Shown here: positions 62,864 through 64,000 of the stretch, piece by piece
How the letters are laid out: every line of letters begins with the position of its first letter
How positions within the stretch are numbered: position 1 is the first letter of the stretch
Notes under the pieces: generated by a model
What the model was told of the DNA's origin: nothing
The model's input: only the letters and a program-made list of their open reading frames with translations
Databases searched by the model: none
Translations under genes and position numbers: made by a program
NCBI RefSeq assembly: GCF_963921235.1
Contig: NC_086109.1
Coordinates: 15,006,001 to 15,070,000 of the forward strand
Reading direction: 5' to 3'
Length of the DNA stretch: 64,000 nt
Source: Mobula hypostoma
Lineage: Eukaryota

Positions 62864-64000
62864 AATCGTGGACGCATTGGTAATCATTTTCCAATGTTCT
62901 ATAGATTCAGGATCAATTCCTGTGGATTGGAGGGTAGCTAATGTTATCCCACTTTTTAGGAAAGGAGGGAGAAAGAAAACTGGGAATCATAGACCAGTTA
63001 GCCTGACATCAGTGGTGGGGAAGATGCTGGAGTTAATTACAAAAGATGAAATAGCAGCACATTTGGATGGCAGTAACAGGATTGTTTCGAGTCAGCATGA
63101 ATTTACGAAGGGGAAATCATGCTTGACTAATCTCCTGTAACTATGAGAATGGACAAAGGAGAGCCAGTGGATGTACTGCACCTGGACTTTCAGAAAGCCT
63201 TTGATAAGGTCCCACATAGGAGATTAGTGGGCAGAATTGGAGCACGTGGTATTGGGGGTAGGGTACTGACATGGATAGAAAATTGGTTGGCAGACAGGAA
63301 ACAAAGAGTAGGGATTAACGAGTCCCTTTCAGAATGGCAAGCAGTGACTAGTGGGGTACTGCAAGGCTCGGTGCTGGGACCGCAGCTATTTACAATATAC
63401 ATTAATGATTTAGATGAAGGGATTAAAAGTAACATTAGCAAATTTGCAGATGATACAAAGCGGGGTAGCAGTGTGAAATGTGAGGAGGATGTTATGAAAA
63501 TGCAGGGTGACTTGGACAGGTTGGGTGAGTGGGCAGATGCATGGCAGATGCAGTTTAATGTGGATAAATGTGAGGTTATCCACTTTGGTGGCAAGAACAG
63601 GAAGGCAGATTACTATCTGAATGGTGTCAAGTTAGGGAAAGGGGAAGTACAACGAGATCTAGGTGTCCTTGTTCATCAGCCACTGAAAGTAAGCATGCAG
63701 GTACAGCAGGCAGTGAAGAAAGCTAATGGCATGTTGGCCTTCATAACAAGAGGAGTTGAGTTTAGGAGCAAAGAGGTCTTTCTGCAGTTGTACAGGGCCC
63801 TGATGAGACCACACCTGGAGTATTGTGCACAGTTTTGGTCTCCAAATTTGAGGAAGGACATTCTTGCTATTGAGGGAGTGCAGCGTAGGTTCACAAGGTT
63901 AATTCCCGGGATGGCGGGACTGTCACATGTTGAAAGATTGGAGCGACTGGGCTTGTATACACTGAAATTTAGAAGGATGAGAGGGGATCTGATTGAAGCA
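62864..64000 (+). mobile_element. CR1 LINE ORF2 reverse transcriptase region (runs off the window end)
   Basis: DWRVANVIPLFRKG...RPVSLTS, LDFQKAFDKVPH, SGVLQGSVLGP, KFADDTK, RPHLEYC. Confidence 0.95.

Noticed and set aside
63190..63594. 134-aa minus-strand ORF
   Set aside because: Antisense shadow of the plus-strand CR1 RT region.

Overview
Repeat-rich vertebrate genomic DNA. The repeat spectrum (CR1, Rex1-like, tRNA-derived SINEs, Penelope-like fragments) suggests a cartilaginous fish, probably a ray; this is inference. I can support one host gene, on the + strand: the 5' part of an EPS8-family gene, best matching EPS8L3. I reconstructed six coding exons by hand (46448-46509, 48130-48206, 52444-52508, 54265-54423, 55996-56145, 61650-~61723). 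They have compatible splice phases and encode an N-terminal extension plus the PTB domain; the gene continues beyond the window. Most of the rest is transposable element: CR1, Rex1-like, I/Nimb-like (with RNase H), L1-like and R4/Dong-like LINE fragments, four solo LTRs with 4-bp TSDs, a chromodomain Gypsy remnant, Tc1 and hAT elements, and SINEs. The most interesting signals: (1) a family of short fold-back insertions with 11-16 bp TSDs carrying a minimal hammerhead-ribozyme core, one forming a 97-bp near-perfect hairpin just upstream of an exon; (2) a solo LTR whose TSD overlaps a splice donor; (3) a probable GC splice donor; (4) a nested stack of four TEs; (5) candidate gut-type promoter/enhancer motif clusters. 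I found no prokaryotic-type system (CRISPR, operon) and cannot support a wholly new biological system from the sequence alone.
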